Below are positions 9,551-19,341 of a DNA stretch of 35,949 bases, piece by piece (the first letter of the stretch is position 1; every line of letters begins with the position of its first letter). The position numbers and the translations under genes were made by a program. Under the pieces are notes generated by a model, which was not told the origin of the DNA, searched no databases, and was given only the letters and a program-made list of their open reading frames with translations. This stretch comes from an uncultured Clostridium sp. (GTDB lineage: Bacteria; Bacillota; Clostridia; Lachnospirales; Lachnospiraceae), in NCBI GenBank assembly GCA_900551225.1, contig URUZ01000001.1:1-35949 (forward strand), in the 5' to 3' direction.

Positions 9551-11030
9551 ACGGCAATACACCAACCAACGTCCGCGTACCCATCCGCGCCTCCCCCTCA
9601 TTTCTCATAACCAATACATACTCCTTAATCTCTCCAACCCTCACATACCCCTCATCCTTCAATCTACCCAAAGTATTTTTCAGGTCCTTCTCATACCCAG
9701 GCCGCAGATCCACAACAGCATATTCACCTTCATGCCGGCTGTCCAGCAGATAGATCTCATCCCTCATAGACAGCTGAGGCACAAAAAAGGTAGACGCCTT
9801 AACCGCCGCTTCCTCAGGGATCTCATTTAGCAGCTCCTTAGCTAATACCGCCTGTTCGCCGTGTCTCCGGTTCAGCTCCACATACCGTCCTTTTTGCGCG
9901 GCCACAAGCCCCAGGATCATGGCGCCGCAGATCAGTCCGCAGAGGGTGATTTCCCTCAGCGGGAGCCATTTCCCTATTCCGTCGGCTCCTTCCTTCTCCG
10001 ACAGATCCCGGTAATTCACCATGGCCAGATAAAACAACAAAGCGCCGGACCCATAGGTGTACTGGAAAAAAATGGAATGCTGGTACCCATAGTTGCTCAT
10101 CAGGTTAATCAGCACAAAGGGGATCAGCAGCGTCCATTTCTGCCAGTCCCTGGTCATCAGCGGCAGGAACCCCAGCGGCAGCAGCATCTGCGCAAAAAAC
10201 AAGAGCTTGTCGCCCACCGCGATCTGGGACAGCACATAAGCGGGGTTCACCAGCACGGTCTTAAACATGCTGACCAGCCCCATCTGCTTGTCGGAGATGA
10301 AGTTGTCAAACCGGTTTACCATGGCCCCGTCCCCAAACCGGTTGATATACCATATGCCCAGGCAGAAATACAGGCAGGCCCCCAGAAACACCGCGGCCCC
10401 GTACCTATACTGTTTTTTCCACAAAAATAAATACAGCCCGATACAGGCCGCATATACAGGCGCGTCCTCCTTAACCATCAGGATCAGCGCCGCACAGACC
10501 AACATGGACTTAAACCGCCGGGTCTCCAGAAAATATACTGTCCATAAAATGATCACCGTGAGAAATTTGTTCTCATGGAAATCATAAAAGCATCCGCCCA
10601 TAAATGCAGGGTACATACAGTACATCAGCCCGAATACCAGCAGCTTCACCCGTGAAAATCCAAAGGCCTTTCCCAGCAGGCACACGGGAATGATCCCGCC
10701 GGCCACGGCCAGGGCCTGAAGCACCAGCAGCGTCTCCGGCCGGGGAGCCAGCTTGTAGAAAGGCAGCAGCACGTAATAAATGGGCGACAGATGCACCGCA
10801 AAATGGGATAAAAGCCCGTCCCGCTCGCAGGTGCTCAGCGGTTCCAGGCATTTGTCCATATAATAAAACATTTGGGAAAAAATCCCAAAATCATAGGCGG
10901 AGGCGTAATTCAGGCGGTATCTCAGAACCGTCATGGCTGTCACAAATACGAACCAGGCAGCCGAGGCACCCGCCAGAATCAACCACAGCCGCCGTCCTGC
11001 CAGCCACTGTTCCATCCGTTTTGCCATCAT
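9549..11030 (-). CDS. DUF2079-like multi-pass membrane protein (GT-C-like glycosyltransferase candidate)
   Basis: YDFGIFSQ, SHFAVHLSPI, YDFHE, LMVKED, FQY motifs; many transmembrane segments. Confidence 0.8.
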   Translation of the reverse strand: MMAKRMEQWLAGRRLWLILAGASAAWFVFVTAMTVLRYRLNYASAYDFGIFSQMFYYMDKCLEPLSTCERDGLLSHFAVHLSPIYYVLLPFYKLAPRPETLLVLQALAVAGGIIPVCLLGKAFGFSRVKLLVFGLMYCMYPAFMGGCFYDFHENKFLTVIILWTVYFLETRRFKSMLVCAALILMVKEDAPVYAACIGLYLFLWKKQYRYGAAVFLGACLYFCLGIWYINRFGDGAMVNRFDNFISDKQMGLVSMFKTVLVNPAYVLSQIAVGDKLLFFAQMLLPLGFLPLMTRDWQKWTLLIPFVLINLMSNYGYQHSIFFQYTYGSGALLFYLAMVNYRDLSEKEGADGIGKWLPLREITLCGLICGAMILGLVAAQKGRYVELNRRHGEQAVLAKELLNEIPEEAAVKASTFFVPQLSMRDEIYLLDSRHEGEYAVVDLRPGYEKDLKNTLGRLKDEGYVRVGEIKEYVLVMRNEGEARMGTRTLVGVLP

Positions 11031-11332
11031 GCAACCGTTCCCTTAAGCATCAGCGCGGCCAGATACATGGCAATGCTTGGGGCCAGCAGGAAGCGCATGT
11101 TCCTGGAGCCGGGCGGCACCAGATACAAAAATGCCATGCAGCCATAGATTCCCGCCCAGATGCCCATAAAGCTTCTCATAGAAATCTGACGCACAAAATC
11201 CAGCGTGACAAAGGGAACCTGGCTGATCAGCAGCCACATGGTATTGGTCAGCAGCCAGCTGGCAATCACCAGCTTACCCAGACCGCAGCGCCGCTCCCAA
11301 AGCCTCGCCGCAATTCTCTCAAAATGTTCCAT
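11027..11332 (-). CDS. Small hypothetical membrane protein coupled to the DUF2079-like gene
   Basis: RBS agggagga, three hydrophobic stretches, ATGA overlap with the next gene. Confidence 0.65.
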   Translation of the reverse strand: MEHFERIAARLWERRCGLGKLVIASWLLTNTMWLLISQVPFVTLDFVRQISMRSFMGIWAGIYGCMAFLYLVPPGSRNMRFLLAPSIAMYLAALMLKGTVA

Positions 11333-11469
11333 AATACAGTTCCTCCCTATACCTGTATACTAAGCGCCCCTGCCGGAAATGTAAAGGCGCCGCGGACAAC
11401 CGTAAGAAAAATTAGAAAAGCCGTAAAAAATTCTACCGCCTTTTACCAGCCTGAAAACCGATAAAGTTC

Positions 11470-11499
11470 TTTACACAGCAGCATGTGCAGTGGTATCAT
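11470..11499 (+). promoter_or_regulatory. Candidate SigA promoter of the PPIase gene
   Basis: TTTACA-18 nt-TATCAT with extended TG. Confidence 0.45.
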
Positions 11500-11568
11500 A
11501 TGAACACGTGCCTGCTGCCAAAACGGCCGGGCGGTGAAACTAACAGAACAGAAAAGGAATGAGGCAAA

Positions 11569-12279
11569 ATGAAAAAATTATCTTATGTATGTATTGCGGC
11601 TCTTGCGGCAATGGCCCTGATGGCAGGCTGCAGCCAAAAGACGGAGACACAGGCCGCCACCACCGTGGCTCAGACCACCAAAGCGGAGCAGACCACCAAG
11701 GCAGAACCGGAGACTACTGAGGCTGCTGCGGAGACCACTGAGGAGACCACTGAGGAGACCACCGAGGCCGTGGAGCTGGCCACAGGCCGCCACCATGTTG
11801 TCATCAATGTGAAGGACTACGGTCCCATCTCCGTTGAGCTGTACGCCGATGAGGCTCCCATTTCCGTAACCAATTTCTTGAACCTGGCAGGGGAGGGCTT
11901 CTACGACGGTCTGACCTTCCACCGCATTATCTCCGGCTTTATGATCCAGGGCGGAGATCCCATGGGCACCGGCATGGGCGGCGCTGACCATGAGATCAAG
12001 GGCGAGTTTGCCTCCAACGGCGTGGACAATCCCCTGACCCACACCCGCGGCGCCATCTCCATGGCCCGTTCCCAGTTCCCCGACAGCGCCAGCTCCCAGT
12101 TTTTCATTGTTCATCAGGACAGCCCGCACCTGGATGGCGATTACGCTGCTTTCGGCTATGTGACCGAGGGGATGGACGTGGTGGACAAGATCTGCGAGGA
12201 CACCAAGGTAGAGGACGGCAACGGCACTGTGGCTAAGGAAAACCAGCCTGTGATTGAGAGCATTGAGGTTGTGGACTGA
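11569..12279 (+). CDS. Cyclophilin-type peptidyl-prolyl isomerase, lipoprotein with T/E-rich linker
   Basis: Lipobox LMAGC; FYDGLTFHRIISGFMIQGGDP, GAISMAR, SQFFI, LDGDYAAFG. Confidence 0.93.
   Translation: MKKLSYVCIAALAAMALMAGCSQKTETQAATTVAQTTKAEQTTKAEPETTEAAAETTEETTEETTEAVELATGRHHVVINVKDYGPISVELYADEAPISVTNFLNLAGEGFYDGLTFHRIISGFMIQGGDPMGTGMGGADHEIKGEFASNGVDNPLTHTRGAISMARSQFPDSASSQFFIVHQDSPHLDGDYAAFGYVTEGMDVVDKICEDTKVEDGNGTVAKENQPVIESIEVVD
11671..11766 (+). repeat. In-frame tandem repeats in the PPIase linker
   Basis: 18-nt unit x2 (QTTKAE, 11671-11706) and 12-nt unit gagaccacYgag x3 (ETTE, 11731-11766). Confidence 0.85.
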
Positions 12280-12425
12280 CGAGGGAATTCCTTTGTGAAT
12301 TCTGTATGCAGCAAGGGGTCTGCCAGGTCAAATTTTCTACTTGCAAATCCGTGCTTTTCAGAGTACATTTAGATTCGCGAAATTGATACATAAGGCGGAG
12401 AATGTGCGAAGCGAGGAAAAGACCG

Positions 12426-13787
12426 ATGGCAAAAAATGCAACCAGGGACATGACCGAGGGCAGCCCCCTGAAGCTGATTATGGGATTCTTTGTCCCCATG
12501 CTGTTTGGGCTGCTGTTTCAGCAGCTTTACAACATGGCGGACATTATTATTGTGGGGAAATGCCTGGGCGTGGAAGCCCTGGCGGCGGTGGGTTCCACCG
12601 GCTCCATCAACTTTATGATCATTGGCTTCTGCCTGGGGGTGTGCAGCGGTTTTGCAATTCCCGTGGCCCAGAAGTTCGGGGAGAGGAATGAAAGCGGGCT
12701 GAGGCGGTTCGTGGCCAACAGCGGCTGGCTGGCCCTGGTTTTCTCGGTTGTGATGACCGCGGCAGTATGCATCCTGTGCCGGAATATCCTGGTCTGGATG
12801 GACACCCCCGCGGATATTCTGGATGGGGCCTACGCCTACATATTTGTGATCTTCCTTGGGATTCCCGCCACCTATCTCTATAATCTGCTGTCCTGTATCA
12901 TCCGTTCCCTGGGTGACAGCACCACGCCATTGGTGTTCCTGGTGTTCTCCTCAGTGCTGAACGTGGCCCTGGATTTCTTCACCATCCTGGTGCTGGACAT
13001 GGGCGTGGCCGGGGCCGGCTGGGCAACCATCATTGCCCAGGCTGTATCGGGCCTGCTGTGCCTGGTTTACATGGTGCGGAAATTCACCATTTTGAAGATG
13101 AAGGAGGATGAGTGGAAGCCGGACCGGCGGTATATGGGCATCCTCTGCGGTATGGGCATTCCTATGGGACTCCAGTATTCCATTACAGCCATCGGCAGCG
13201 TGATCCTGCAGATCGCGGTGAACTCTCTGGGTTCCCTGGCTGTGGCCGCGGTGACGGCGGGCACCAAGATCGTGATCTTCTTCTGCTGCCCCTTTGACGC
13301 CCTGGGCTCCACCATCGCCACCTACGGCGGGCAGAATGTGGGGGCCAGGAAGCTGGACCGTATCCATCAGGGATTGAAGATCTGCCTGATTCTCGGCGTC
13401 ATCTACGCGGTGATTGCATTTGCCGTGCTGTACCTTTTGGGGGATAAGGTGGCGCTGATGTTCGTGGATGCCTCCCAGACCGACCTTCTGCGGGATACCA
13501 GGCTGTTCCTGCTGGCCAACAGCGTCCTGTTTATTCCCCTGGTATTTGTCAATGTGGTGCGGTTCCTGATCCAGGGCCTTGGCTATTCCAAGTTCGCCAT
13601 ACTGGCAGGGGTCTGCGAGATGATTGCCAGATCCTTTGTGGGCTTTGCCCTGGTGCCGGTGTTCGGCTACATTGCGGTGTGCTACGCCAGCCCCGTGGCA
13701 TGGGTGGCCGCGGACCTCTTCCTGATCCCTGCCTACTACCATGTGATGAAGCAGCTGAGAAAAATGCTGGGATACCCTGCAGCATAA
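12426..13787 (+). CDS. MATE family efflux transporter
   Basis: DMTEGSP, QQLYNMAD, ALAAVG, LGDSTTPL, GQNVGA. Start placed at ATG 12426 after gagga rather than 12402. Confidence 0.93.
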   Translation: MAKNATRDMTEGSPLKLIMGFFVPMLFGLLFQQLYNMADIIIVGKCLGVEALAAVGSTGSINFMIIGFCLGVCSGFAIPVAQKFGERNESGLRRFVANSGWLALVFSVVMTAAVCILCRNILVWMDTPADILDGAYAYIFVIFLGIPATYLYNLLSCIIRSLGDSTTPLVFLVFSSVLNVALDFFTILVLDMGVAGAGWATIIAQAVSGLLCLVYMVRKFTILKMKEDEWKPDRRYMGILCGMGIPMGLQYSITAIGSVILQIAVNSLGSLAVAAVTAGTKIVIFFCCPFDALGSTIATYGGQNVGARKLDRIHQGLKICLILGVIYAVIAFAVLYLLGDKVALMFVDASQTDLLRDTRLFLLANSVLFIPLVFVNVVRFLIQGLGYSKFAILAGVCEMIARSFVGFALVPVFGYIAVCYASPVAWVAADLFLIPAYYHVMKQLRKMLGYPAA

Positions 13788-13797
13788 TATATGAGAG

Positions 13798-13827
13798 AAA
13801 ACGGTTCCGGTTCCGGGCCGTTTTTTT
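13798..13827 (+). terminator. Intrinsic terminator after the MATE gene
   Basis: aaaacggttccgg...ccgggccg followed by T7. Confidence 0.7.
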
Positions 13828-14023
13828 GTTGCATGCGGTGAAGCGACCGCAAAGCGTGGGGACTCTGGCTGTGCGGGCGCACTGCGGCGGCAGGGAATTA
13901 TGCCGCCGGAAGCGGCCCGCCGCAGCCGGAGAACCACGTCTGCGGGATTCTTGTTCTGCTTCTGGAAAAGGGCGGCCGGTTATGGTATGCTATTGTAAAT
14001 TGCGAAGATAGAGAGGAGATAAT

Positions 14024-15976
14024 ATGGAACCTCAAAATGCTGTGACCACCATAAAAATCGCTCTGGTTTTTCCAAAAAAAGGGTTTTTCAAGGACGCCTT
14101 TAAAATCTTTGAGGAGCATAGGGCCGTATCGCGGGAACTGGACCTGACACTGGGCTTTACCTATATTCTGGAGGAGGTGGAGGCACCCCAGAACCACCTG
14201 AATATCAGTCTGCTGAAGGAGTACGATGTGATCATTTCCAGGGGGATTACCGCAGCCCTCATTAAGAATGAGATACACGATATCCCGGTCATTGAGATTC
14301 CCGTGGCAGGCAATGATCTGGTGTACTGCCTAAAGGCGGCCAAGGACCGGTACGGGGACCAGAAGATGGCCATCATCGGTTCCCACAACATGATCTACGG
14401 GGCGGAGGGCCTGATCGCCCTGTTTGGAATCAGGGCGGGGCTGTATTTCCGGATGGACAGCACGGATGTGAGGACCAGCGTGGACCAGGCTGTGGCCGAC
14501 GGCTGCACTGTGGTGCTGGGCGGTGTGGAGACCTGTGCCTACGCAGAAGGGCTGGGGCTGGAGACCAGTCTGATCATGAGCGGTAAGGAAGCCCTGTGGC
14601 AGGCCTTTACAGAGGCGGGGAATGCCGTGGACATCCAGCTGGCGGAGCAGCAGAAAACCAAGCGGCTGAAGGCCATTCTGGATTACACCTATGAGGGGAT
14701 TCTGGAGATTGACAGGCACCGGAGGATCACAGTGTGCAACCATATGGCCAGCGCCATCCTGGGCCTGGGCCGGGAGATCGACGGAGGGGAGGCCGCAGGC
14801 TGTCTGGTTGAAGAACTGTTCACCAGGTCCCGCTTCCGGGAAATGTTGTGCGACAGCAGACAGTATGAGGACGAGCTGGTGGCTTACCAGCAGCAGAAGC
14901 TGGTTGTGAACAAGATCCTGGTGAAGGTAAAGGGCGGCAGAAGCCGCTATGTGGTCACATTCCAGGATGTGACAAAGCTTCAGAACCTGGAGCAGACGAT
15001 CCGCAAACAGATCAGCGCCAAGGGCTACAGCGCAAAATACTTTTTCCGGGATATCATCGGTGAGAGCCAAGCCGTACAGAGCGCCGTTGAGCAGGCCAGG
15101 CACTATGCCAAAACCGAGGCAGATGTGATGATCACCGGCGAGTCCGGCACAGGCAAGGAGCTGTTTGCCCAGAGCATCCACAATGAGAGCTGCCGGAAGG
15201 CCAGCCCCTTTGTGGCGGTTAACTGTGCGGCCATCAATGAGAATCTTCTGGAGAGCGAGCTGTTCGGCTATGTGGAGGGCGCTTTTACAGGGGCCCAGAA
15301 GGGCGGCAAGGCAGGACTGTTCGAGCAGGCCCACCGGGGCACCATATTCCTGGATGAGATTGCGGAGATCAGCCCTTCCCTCCAGGCTAAGCTGCTGCGG
15401 GTGCTTCAGGAGCGGGAGATTATGCGCCTGGGGGACAGCAAGATCATACCGGTGAATATACGGGTGATTGCAGCCACCAACAAAGATCTGTTCCAGATGG
15501 TCCAGGACGGAGCCTTCCGGGAGGACCTGTACTACCGCCTGGATGTACTGCGGCTCAACATTCCCAACCTGAACCAGAGGGGCCATGACATCAGCCTGCT
15601 GGCCGGACATTTCTTACAGGAGCTGGCGGCGGAATACCGGCGGGATGCAGTGTCTCCGGTGATGTCAAAAGAGGCGTACCGCGTTCTGGAGGAGACGGAC
15701 TGGTACGGAAATATCCGGCAGCTCCACAATGTGTGCCTGCGGCTGGCAGTGCTGTGCGGACCGGAGGGGAAGATTACGGAGCAGGATGTCCGCCAGGTGT
15801 TGAAGAATTACACCAGGCGGGAGGCGGGCCGGGATGGCGGCGGACAGGAGAATTTTGAGCGGGAAGCTATCCGGCAGGCCCTGGAGCAGGCCGCCTACAA
15901 CAGGACCGAAACGGCCCGGGCGCTTGGAATGAGCCGCTCTACCTTGTGGAAGAAGATGAAACAGTATTCGTTGTAA
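14024..15976 (+). CDS. Sigma54-dependent enhancer-binding activator (PrpR_N-like sensor, PAS-like, AAA+, Fis HTH)
   Basis: GESGTGKE, intact [46 protein letters not shown]-terminus with DVIISRG. Confidence 0.93.
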   Translation: MEPQNAVTTIKIALVFPKKGFFKDAFKIFEEHRAVSRELDLTLGFTYILEEVEAPQNHLNISLLKEYDVIISRGITAALIKNEIHDIPVIEIPVAGNDLVYCLKAAKDRYGDQKMAIIGSHNMIYGAEGLIALFGIRAGLYFRMDSTDVRTSVDQAVADGCTVVLGGVETCAYAEGLGLETSLIMSGKEALWQAFTEAGNAVDIQLAEQQKTKRLKAILDYTYEGILEIDRHRRITVCNHMASAILGLGREIDGGEAAGCLVEELFTRSRFREMLCDSRQYEDELVAYQQQKLVVNKILVKVKGGRSRYVVTFQDVTKLQNLEQTIRKQISAKGYSAKYFFRDIIGESQAVQSAVEQARHYAKTEADVMITGESGTGKELFAQSIHNESCRKASPFVAVNCAAINENLLESELFGYVEGAFTGAQKGGKAGLFEQAHRGTIFLDEIAEISPSLQAKLLRVLQEREIMRLGDSKIIPVNIRVIAATNKDLFQMVQDGAFREDLYYRLDVLRLNIPNLNQRGHDISLLAGHFLQELAAEYRRDAVSPVMSKEAYRVLEETDWYGNIRQLHNVCLRLAVLCGPEGKITEQDVRQVLKNYTRREAGRDGGGQENFEREAIRQALEQAAYNRTETARALGMSRSTLWKKMKQYSL

Positions 15977-16080
15977 ACAAAAGAAAACAAAAGTGAACGA
16001 AATGTCTGCATATGAACAATACAAGGAGACGGAGCAGCGGTTTCTTTAGAAAACCGTGCAACCATATGGAAAAAATTGTA

Positions 16081-16112
16081 AGAAACAGGCCTGCAAAAGG
16101 TCTGTTTCTTTT
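16081..16112 (+). terminator. Hairpin after the activator gene (terminator or activator-binding site)
   Basis: agaaacaggcct...aggtctgtttct followed by ttt. Confidence 0.55.
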
Positions 16113-16155
16113 GCTTTTAAGAGAATTATGAAGAGATTACCTGCCGGAGCGTAAA

Positions 16156-16172
16156 TTGGCACAAACCTTGCT
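16156..16172 (+). promoter_or_regulatory. Sigma54 -24/-12 promoter
   Basis: TTGGCACAAACCTTGCT fits TGGCAC-N5-TTGC with GG (16158-59) and GC (16170-71) 12 nt apart. It lies next to a GAFTGA activator and 41 nt before the operon start. Confidence 0.9.
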
Positions 16173-16212
16173 TTTAATATAACTTATCAAGAAAACAATA
16201 GGAGGGACAGCA

Positions 16213-17901
16213 ATGAATACGAAGCCATACCGCAGCAGAGATGTTGTGGAAGGCCCGGAGCGGGCTGGAAACAGGGCGCATTTGAAATGCGTGGGCCTGC
16301 TGGAGGACGAGTTGGAGCGGCCGTTTATCGGCGTGGTCAACACATTTAATGAAATGAATCCCGGCCATATCCATTTGAGGCAGATTGCGGAGACGGTGAA
16401 GGACGGGGTGCGCCGGGAAGGAGGAGTCCCCTTTGAGTTTGGCACCATTGCCATCTGTGACGGCATTACCCAGGGAAATGTGGGCATGTGCTCCGTGCTG
16501 CCAAGCCGTGATGTGATTGTGGACTCCATTGAGCTGGTGGCGGAAGCCCAGCGTCTGGATGGTCTGGTGATCATCGCCACCTGCGACAAGATTGTGCCCG
16601 CTGCTCTGATGGCAGTGGGGCGTCTGAACATTCCGGCAGTTATTGTGCCGGGCGGCCCCATGCTGCCGGGCAAGTACAAGGGGCAGGAGCTGGCCATCCA
16701 CCAGATCCGGGAGGTCAGCGCCCAGATCAGCGCGGGAGGCATTTCCCAGGAGGAATTAAAGGAGATGGAGGAGTCCATCTGTCCCACGGCGGGCGGCTGC
16801 TCCATGCTGGGCACAGCCAATACCATGTCCTGCCTGGCTGAGGCCCTGGGTCTGACGGTACCGGGGTGCGCCACCACCCATGCGGTGTACTCCAGGAAGC
16901 TGCGGGAGGCCAAGCAGTCGGGGATTGCGGCGGTGAACCAGGTAAAGAAGGGAATCCGCCCCAGGGACATTGTGACGGAGGAGAGTTTCCAGAACATGAT
17001 GCGCGTCAATATGGCCATCGGCGGCTCCACCAACACCACACTGCATATTCCGGCCATTGCAGCGGAGTTCGGATATGTGATCCGGCCTGAGGATTTTGAG
17101 GCGGCCAGCCGCATGACGCCCCATCTTGTGAATGTGAAGCCCTCAGGCAAATACTCCATGATCGAGTTTGACGAGGCAGGCGGCGTGGCGGCGGTGATAC
17201 AGGCCCTGGGGCCTGGGTTCATCCACATGGAGGCAGAGACCGTCAACGGTATCCCCATCGGTGCCTATCCGGTGCGTTGCCACACGGAGCTGACGGACGT
17301 GGTCACCACCCTGGAACACCCGCTGCACCCCCAGGGCAGCATCGCCATCCTAAAGGGCAATCTGGCGCCGGACGGCTCTGTGTGCAAGCAGTCGGCAGTC
17401 TGTGAGGCCATGAAGGTGCACACCGGGCCGGCCAGGGTCTATGAGTCACAGGAGGAGGCCATCGCCGCCATGCAGAGAGGGGATTTAAAGGCCGGTGATG
17501 TGGTGGTGATCCGCTATGAAGGCCCCAGGGGAGGTCCGGGAATGCGGGAAATGCACACGGCCATGACAGCCCTGGTGGGCCTTGGCCTGTCGGAGTCCAC
17601 GGCGCTGATCACCGATGGACGGTTCTCGGGGGCTACCAGAGGACCCTGTGTGGGGCATATTTCCCCCGAAGCGGCTGTGGGAGGCCCCATCGCCTTTATA
17701 GAAGACGGGGACATGATCCATATTGACATACCGGGCCGCGTAATCTCCGTGGATATATCCCCGGAGGAGATGGAGAAGAGGAAGGATAACTGGAAGCCTA
17801 AGGAGACTAAGGGGCATGGAACATATCTCAGAAGGTACAGCAATCTGGTGGGAAGCGTGTGGGAGGGGGCCAGGCTGGCCGTTGATTTTGACCGCACATA
17901 G
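16213..17901 (+). CDS. IlvD/Edd-family dihydroxy-acid dehydratase (probable catabolic paralogue)
   Basis: [55 protein letters not shown]. Confidence 0.92.
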   Translation: MNTKPYRSRDVVEGPERAGNRAHLKCVGLLEDELERPFIGVVNTFNEMNPGHIHLRQIAETVKDGVRREGGVPFEFGTIAICDGITQGNVGMCSVLPSRDVIVDSIELVAEAQRLDGLVIIATCDKIVPAALMAVGRLNIPAVIVPGGPMLPGKYKGQELAIHQIREVSAQISAGGISQEELKEMEESICPTAGGCSMLGTANTMSCLAEALGLTVPGCATTHAVYSRKLREAKQSGIAAVNQVKKGIRPRDIVTEESFQNMMRVNMAIGGSTNTTLHIPAIAAEFGYVIRPEDFEAASRMTPHLVNVKPSGKYSMIEFDEAGGVAAVIQALGPGFIHMEAETVNGIPIGAYPVRCHTELTDVVTTLEHPLHPQGSIAILKGNLAPDGSVCKQSAVCEAMKVHTGPARVYESQEEAIAAMQRGDLKAGDVVVIRYEGPRGGPGMREMHTAMTALVGLGLSESTALITDGRFSGATRGPCVGHISPEAAVGGPIAFIEDGDMIHIDIPGRVISVDISPEEMEKRKDNWKPKETKGHGTYLRRYSNLVGSVWEGARLAVDFDRT

Positions 17902-17919
17902 CCATAACACGCATATTTA

Positions 17920-17982
17920 CCGCGAACAGCGATAGAATGCAATCCGCCGTGCACAGCGGCAGAATGCAAGTTGCCGTGAACA
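17920..17982. repeat. 27-nt imperfect tandem repeat (about 2.3 copies)
   Basis: ccgcgaacagcgatagaatgcaatccg / ccgtgcacagcggcagaatgcaagttg (20/27) / ccgtgaaca. Confidence 0.7.
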
Positions 17983-18006
17983 TTAAGATAAGGAGAGGAT
18001 AAACGT

Positions 18007-19326
18007 ATGGAAGCGATAGGAGTATTGGGTATATTGGCAGCGCTGGCAGTTCTGATCTGTCTGATTTTCAGGGGATGGCACATGGGGGTTGTGGCTGTGC
18101 TGTCCTCAGTAATCGTCATTCTCACAAGCGGCATGGACGTATGGCCGGCTGTCTCGGAGAGCTTTGCAACTGCATTTAAGAACTTCGCGGGCACCTGGTT
18201 TTTGATGTTTGCACTGGGAGCCATCTTCGGCAAGGTGATGGAGGAGAGCGGGGCCTCAGTGTCCATAGCCAACGCCATTGTCCATGGAATTGGAAAAAAG
18301 AGGGTAATTCTCATTGTGCTTGTGACCACGCTGGTGCTGTCCTACGGCGGAATCGGAGTGTTCGTCATCGCATTTACCATGTATCCCATCTGCATGGCCC
18401 TGTTTAAGGAAGCGGATCTCCCCAAGAAGATATTCCCGGGGCTGCTGCTGGCGATTCCGGCCACCATCTGCATGTCGGTGGCTCCCGGCGTGCCGGCGGT
18501 TCAGAATATGATTCCCACCGAGACCTTCGGAACTACGATTTACGCGGCGCCTGTCATCGGTATCATCTGCTCTGTATTCATATTTATATTGGATTACCTG
18601 TTTTACACCTGGGCCGCCAGGCGCTGCCGGGAGAGGGGGGAGCACTTTATTCCGGGACCCAATGACAATATTGTGGATTTAAGTGATGAGAAGGCCCTGA
18701 GAAATCTTCCCGGCAGGGGTGCAGCCTTTACCCCGCTGGTGGTGCTGATCGCATCCATGTTCATCTTCCAGAGGGTGGTGTCCCCATCCAACTATGCGGT
18801 GGTGCTGGGGATGGTGCTGGCCATTGTGGTGGCGCTGATTATGTTCCGGGATAAATTAAAGATCCGCGAGGCCCTTGCCTCAGGCACAGCCAACGGCTTC
18901 AACGCGCTGATGGTGACCTCAGCCATCATGGGCTTCGGCGGCGTGGTCAGCGCTTCACCGGCATTTACCTCCTGTGTCAACTGGCTGCTGAGCCTGAATA
19001 TGAGCCCCATGCTGCTGGCATTTTTCTCCATCAATATCATCTGCGCCATCACAGGCTCCTCCTCCGGCGGACTGAACATTTTCCTGAATACCCTGGGAGA
19101 TTATATGCTCAGCACTGGGATCAACACCCAGATTCTCCACAGGCTCACCTGCATCGCCTCCGCAGGGCTGGATGCCATGCCCCATGCCTCCGGTGTGGTG
19201 CTGGCCAATGATGTGGCGAAAACACAGATGAAGGACACCTACAAATACACCTTTGTGTCCCAGTGCCTGATTCCCATACTGGCATTCTGGCTGGCCTTTG
19301 CGTTATATCATATGGGGCTTTGCTGA
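18007..19326 (+). CDS. GntP-family (H+/gluconate-like) organic-acid permease
   Basis: LGAIFGKVMEESGA, LSYGGI, ITGSSSGG, GLDAMPH; many transmembrane helices. Confidence 0.85.
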   Translation: MEAIGVLGILAALAVLICLIFRGWHMGVVAVLSSVIVILTSGMDVWPAVSESFATAFKNFAGTWFLMFALGAIFGKVMEESGASVSIANAIVHGIGKKRVILIVLVTTLVLSYGGIGVFVIAFTMYPICMALFKEADLPKKIFPGLLLAIPATICMSVAPGVPAVQNMIPTETFGTTIYAAPVIGIICSVFIFILDYLFYTWAARRCRERGEHFIPGPNDNIVDLSDEKALRNLPGRGAAFTPLVVLIASMFIFQRVVSPSNYAVVLGMVLAIVVALIMFRDKLKIREALASGTANGFNALMVTSAIMGFGGVVSASPAFTSCVNWLLSLNMSPMLLAFFSINIICAITGSSSGGLNIFLNTLGDYMLSTGINTQILHRLTCIASAGLDAMPHASGVVLANDVAKTQMKDTYKYTFVSQCLIPILAFWLAFALYHMGLC

Positions 19327-19341
19327 TGAAGGAGGTTAAAA

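Noticed and set aside
9184..9610. 99-aa and 73-aa ORFs across the palindromic region
   Set aside because: No RBS, no motifs, and they lie within repeat DNA.
17920..17982. Possible mini-CRISPR
   Set aside because: Units are directly adjacent and degenerate, with no unique spacers and no cas genes.
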